A stretch of DNA of 64,000 nt from Ascidiella aspersa. Taxonomy: Eukaryota. Location of the stretch: positions 21,452,001 to 21,516,000 of the forward strand of contig OZ004615.1 of NCBI GenBank assembly GCA_963924565.1. Direction: 5' to 3'. The notes below the pieces were generated by a model, which saw only the letters and a list, made by a program, of their open reading frames with translations, had not been told where the DNA came from and searched no databases. The translations under genes and the position numbers were made by a program. The first letter of the stretch is position 1, and every line of letters begins with the position of its first letter. This document shows positions 61,394-64,000 of the stretch, piece after piece.

Positions 61394-64000
61394 TACTGAA
61401 CATTTAATGTCGAGATGCCGCTTCGCGTGGGTTACGGGTCAATTTGGTTCGCTCCGCCTTGTTGTAATGCGACAAGGTATGCGGGTGATTACACTTGAAT
61501 GGAATGCTTGATTATTACCCGAACGACAACGTTACGACCACGTGGCCCAGTCGACGCTTACGACCTGTTATATTCGCTGAAAGAAGTGTTGGTTGCTTGA
61601 GTTCAGCAGTTTCAGTGGCGATTTTTTGAAAGTGAGCAAAAAGTTGCCTTAGATTTTAGGATTCATATAGGTGTTGTACATTGATATCACACAAGTGACA
61701 AGTGACTATGTTAGTAGGCGATCAACAAAAGTTTGAGAAGCTTTATGTTTCGTTTGTTTGGCTGTAGAATTTTAAATTAGATGCTGAATTGAAAATCTTC
61801 CCTTGGGAAGGCGTTCTGAACGTATAGGATCTGAAACAGACTCCAAAACATTAGGTTTCGGAAACTTCGAAATCAGCGTAAAAGAGTGAACATTTACTTG
61901 TAAAACTAACTAACCCGACAAGCAGAAAGTTTTTATGTCGCCGTGAACAGATCCCTCGGTTATTTTGAAAAACAATGGCGAAACATTAAAATAAAATAAT
62001 ACAGAAAACATGGCAAACAGTCACCTACAAAATGCAAAAGCGAGCGCTAAATGAAAGCTAGACTTTCGTCGGACGAAACAGGTCATTTGGGCAACTCACA
62101 CGTAATTTATCCTGGTGAGGACGCTAGACCGAAAAGTACACAATGGAATGGCACACAACATTCACAAGCTACTGCTATGCTGCAAAATTGAACATAAAAT
62201 CGCAATTTATGCAGTGACTGAGTGAAATTGCGGTTTAGCTTTATACTACATGTTCGGCGCGACAAATACTATGGTTGCATATTTAAACTAATTAGATCCA
62301 GGACTGTTAAGTTGACTGGTGCTCCGAACAAAGGCTTCGTCTTGTTACTTTCCAAACGGATTTTAGATTGCAGCAATTTTTAAGCTTTGATTAAAATCTG
62401 GATCCCCTACCGGACAGATTCATTACAGCATCACGCACCTGGTTAATTCATTATGTATCGATTTTGTTATACCGAGGGTCTGTTATACGCTTTGTTTTGC
62501 ACAGTCTCCTGGCGTGTGGCGTGCTTTGTTGACTATGGCATTGCGTTGTTTGTTGACTATGGCATTGAGTTTGGTTACCACGTGCATAGGGCCATTACAT
62601 GCTACGTGGTTCAGGTGGTGTACGAAATGGGAAAAATGTGGTAAAACTGGCTCGACTTGACAACCTAAATAGTTGGTTTGATGTCGTAATGCTTTTTTCT
62701 TACGTTTTCTAGTATTTTGTCGACCTGGGAGAAGAAGTTGTAGAGGGATGAAATTCTTTGCCAAGGCCGTGTTCGTAACGTGACACATTTTATATAGTTT
62801 ATCATTGACTAGATTACTAGAAAGTCATTGGTGCGGTTTTACTACGTTTGAGCGACCTGAGGTTTCACAGGATTTTTTTATTCTCGCTGTTTAAGCCGTT
62901 TAAGCAAACCAGAAGCTACACCAAAGTTGGAATTTACTTTAACAAGTGTCCGTGTTTTTTTAATGGTTAGCCGCATTGGTATCCCAAAGCTATTAATATC
63001 GTATTTTTGTATAGTTTGAGACTTTTCAGTTTTACCACCTATTGTTGGAAATACTTTAGTTATTGAAAATGCTTTATTTTAGCAGCAAATATTGAAACGT
63101 GTGCGTCGATATATCCCTTTTTTTTCAAAACCGCTATTTTTTTTCAAATGTTGATTTTTCTGGCTTAATCGGTGGTGCTACTCGCGTTAGAATTGTTATT
63201 CTTTCACAGCAGGTAACATCCCCACGCTGTCCCGTTTCGTGTGTGGTACCGGTAGGTTTGCATAGCGCCAAATGCGTTAAAGCATTCCAAGTTAAACTGC
63301 CTTTGTTCGGCCTACGGTGCTGGTAAAAGTCAAAACCAGATGCGAGTCACACCCCAGAGCACACACAAACTTAAATTGTTAACGAATCCTACATAATGCG
63401 GTTGTTGATTTAACTTTAGCGATCGCTTACGAGATAACATAACAGCTGGATAAACTTTGGCGTTAATTTTTTCGTCGATTTGTCAAACTTTTGTATAAAG
63501 CAGTTAGACCAGCTAGAACTCGCTATGAATTGTGCACTCAATCATGTCAGCTGTACGTATTTGCAAAGCTATTATACGCTTTTTGTGTTTTATATATGGC
63601 AGCAGAAAATAGCGATTAACCAAGAGGTTTACAAACTGTGAGTAGTTACCCCAAATGGACAAATTTGACGTTTCTGCGGGTAAAACTGCAACATCGTTTC
63701 AAGCTATTTTTGTTCTGTTGCAAAGTAGTATCAGCCTCACACTTGTATTATTGAAATGAGGCAAAATGTGTTGTTTTACACTTTATCGATTGGGGAATAA
63801 AACATGTTATAAATGGGCGCCGAACTTTTTTTAAATTCCAGGGCGTTTTTTCCAACCAGTGCAAACATGAATACTAATTATCTAATAACGTTACAGCTAT
63901 TAGATAACATATTTTGCGCTGTTATTTAGCATCGCGTAACTTTCATGCAGCGCCGTTAGGCTAAAATTTAAAACGGCAAAACTTAAAAGTTGGATTTACG

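Noticed and set aside
62106-62140. CTGGTGAGGAC...CCGAAA hammerhead-like string
   Set aside because: Core A6 is substituted, stem II does not pair and there is no stem I. Other isolated CTGATGA hits (14561-, 30038+, 46474-) also lack a GAAA box.
607-63326. Most 60-130 aa ORFs in the supplied track
   Set aside because: Many start at non-ATG codons, lie in repeats or antisense to exons, and show no coding composition or splice context.

Overview
AT-rich animal genomic DNA with spliceosomal introns. The gene content and compact, MITE-rich introns suggest an invertebrate chordate such as an ascidian, but this is inference. The minus strand (about 250-17054, continuing off the left edge) holds eight coding exons of a clear NOS1AP/CAPON orthologue (PTB domain plus the start of the coiled coil), with one GC-AG intron. 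The plus strand (about 23-54 kb, probably continuing right) holds a tensin-like gene. Three exons join in phase (50867-50981, 52048-52142, 54121-54427) and carry the tensin GPLDGSLYxxVKK motif. I found no PTP/C2 exons upstream of them; instead there are several candidate ATG-containing alternative first exons ending in phase 1. The most notable non-coding signal is a family of minimal type I hammerhead ribozymes (CUGAUGA-A-stem II-GAAA-GCUU^GUC) in NOS1AP introns. It includes a sense-strand tandem array with a 210-223 nt period (retrozyme or Penelope pLTR-like), and a second hammerhead-like family is also present. The rest is non-autonomous hAT elements (several with perfect 8-bp TSDs and Buster/Charlie transposase remnants), an AAGTC-rich MITE family, a palindromic foldback MITE family, long hairpins and local tandem duplications. 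All alignments were done by eye; no searches were run.
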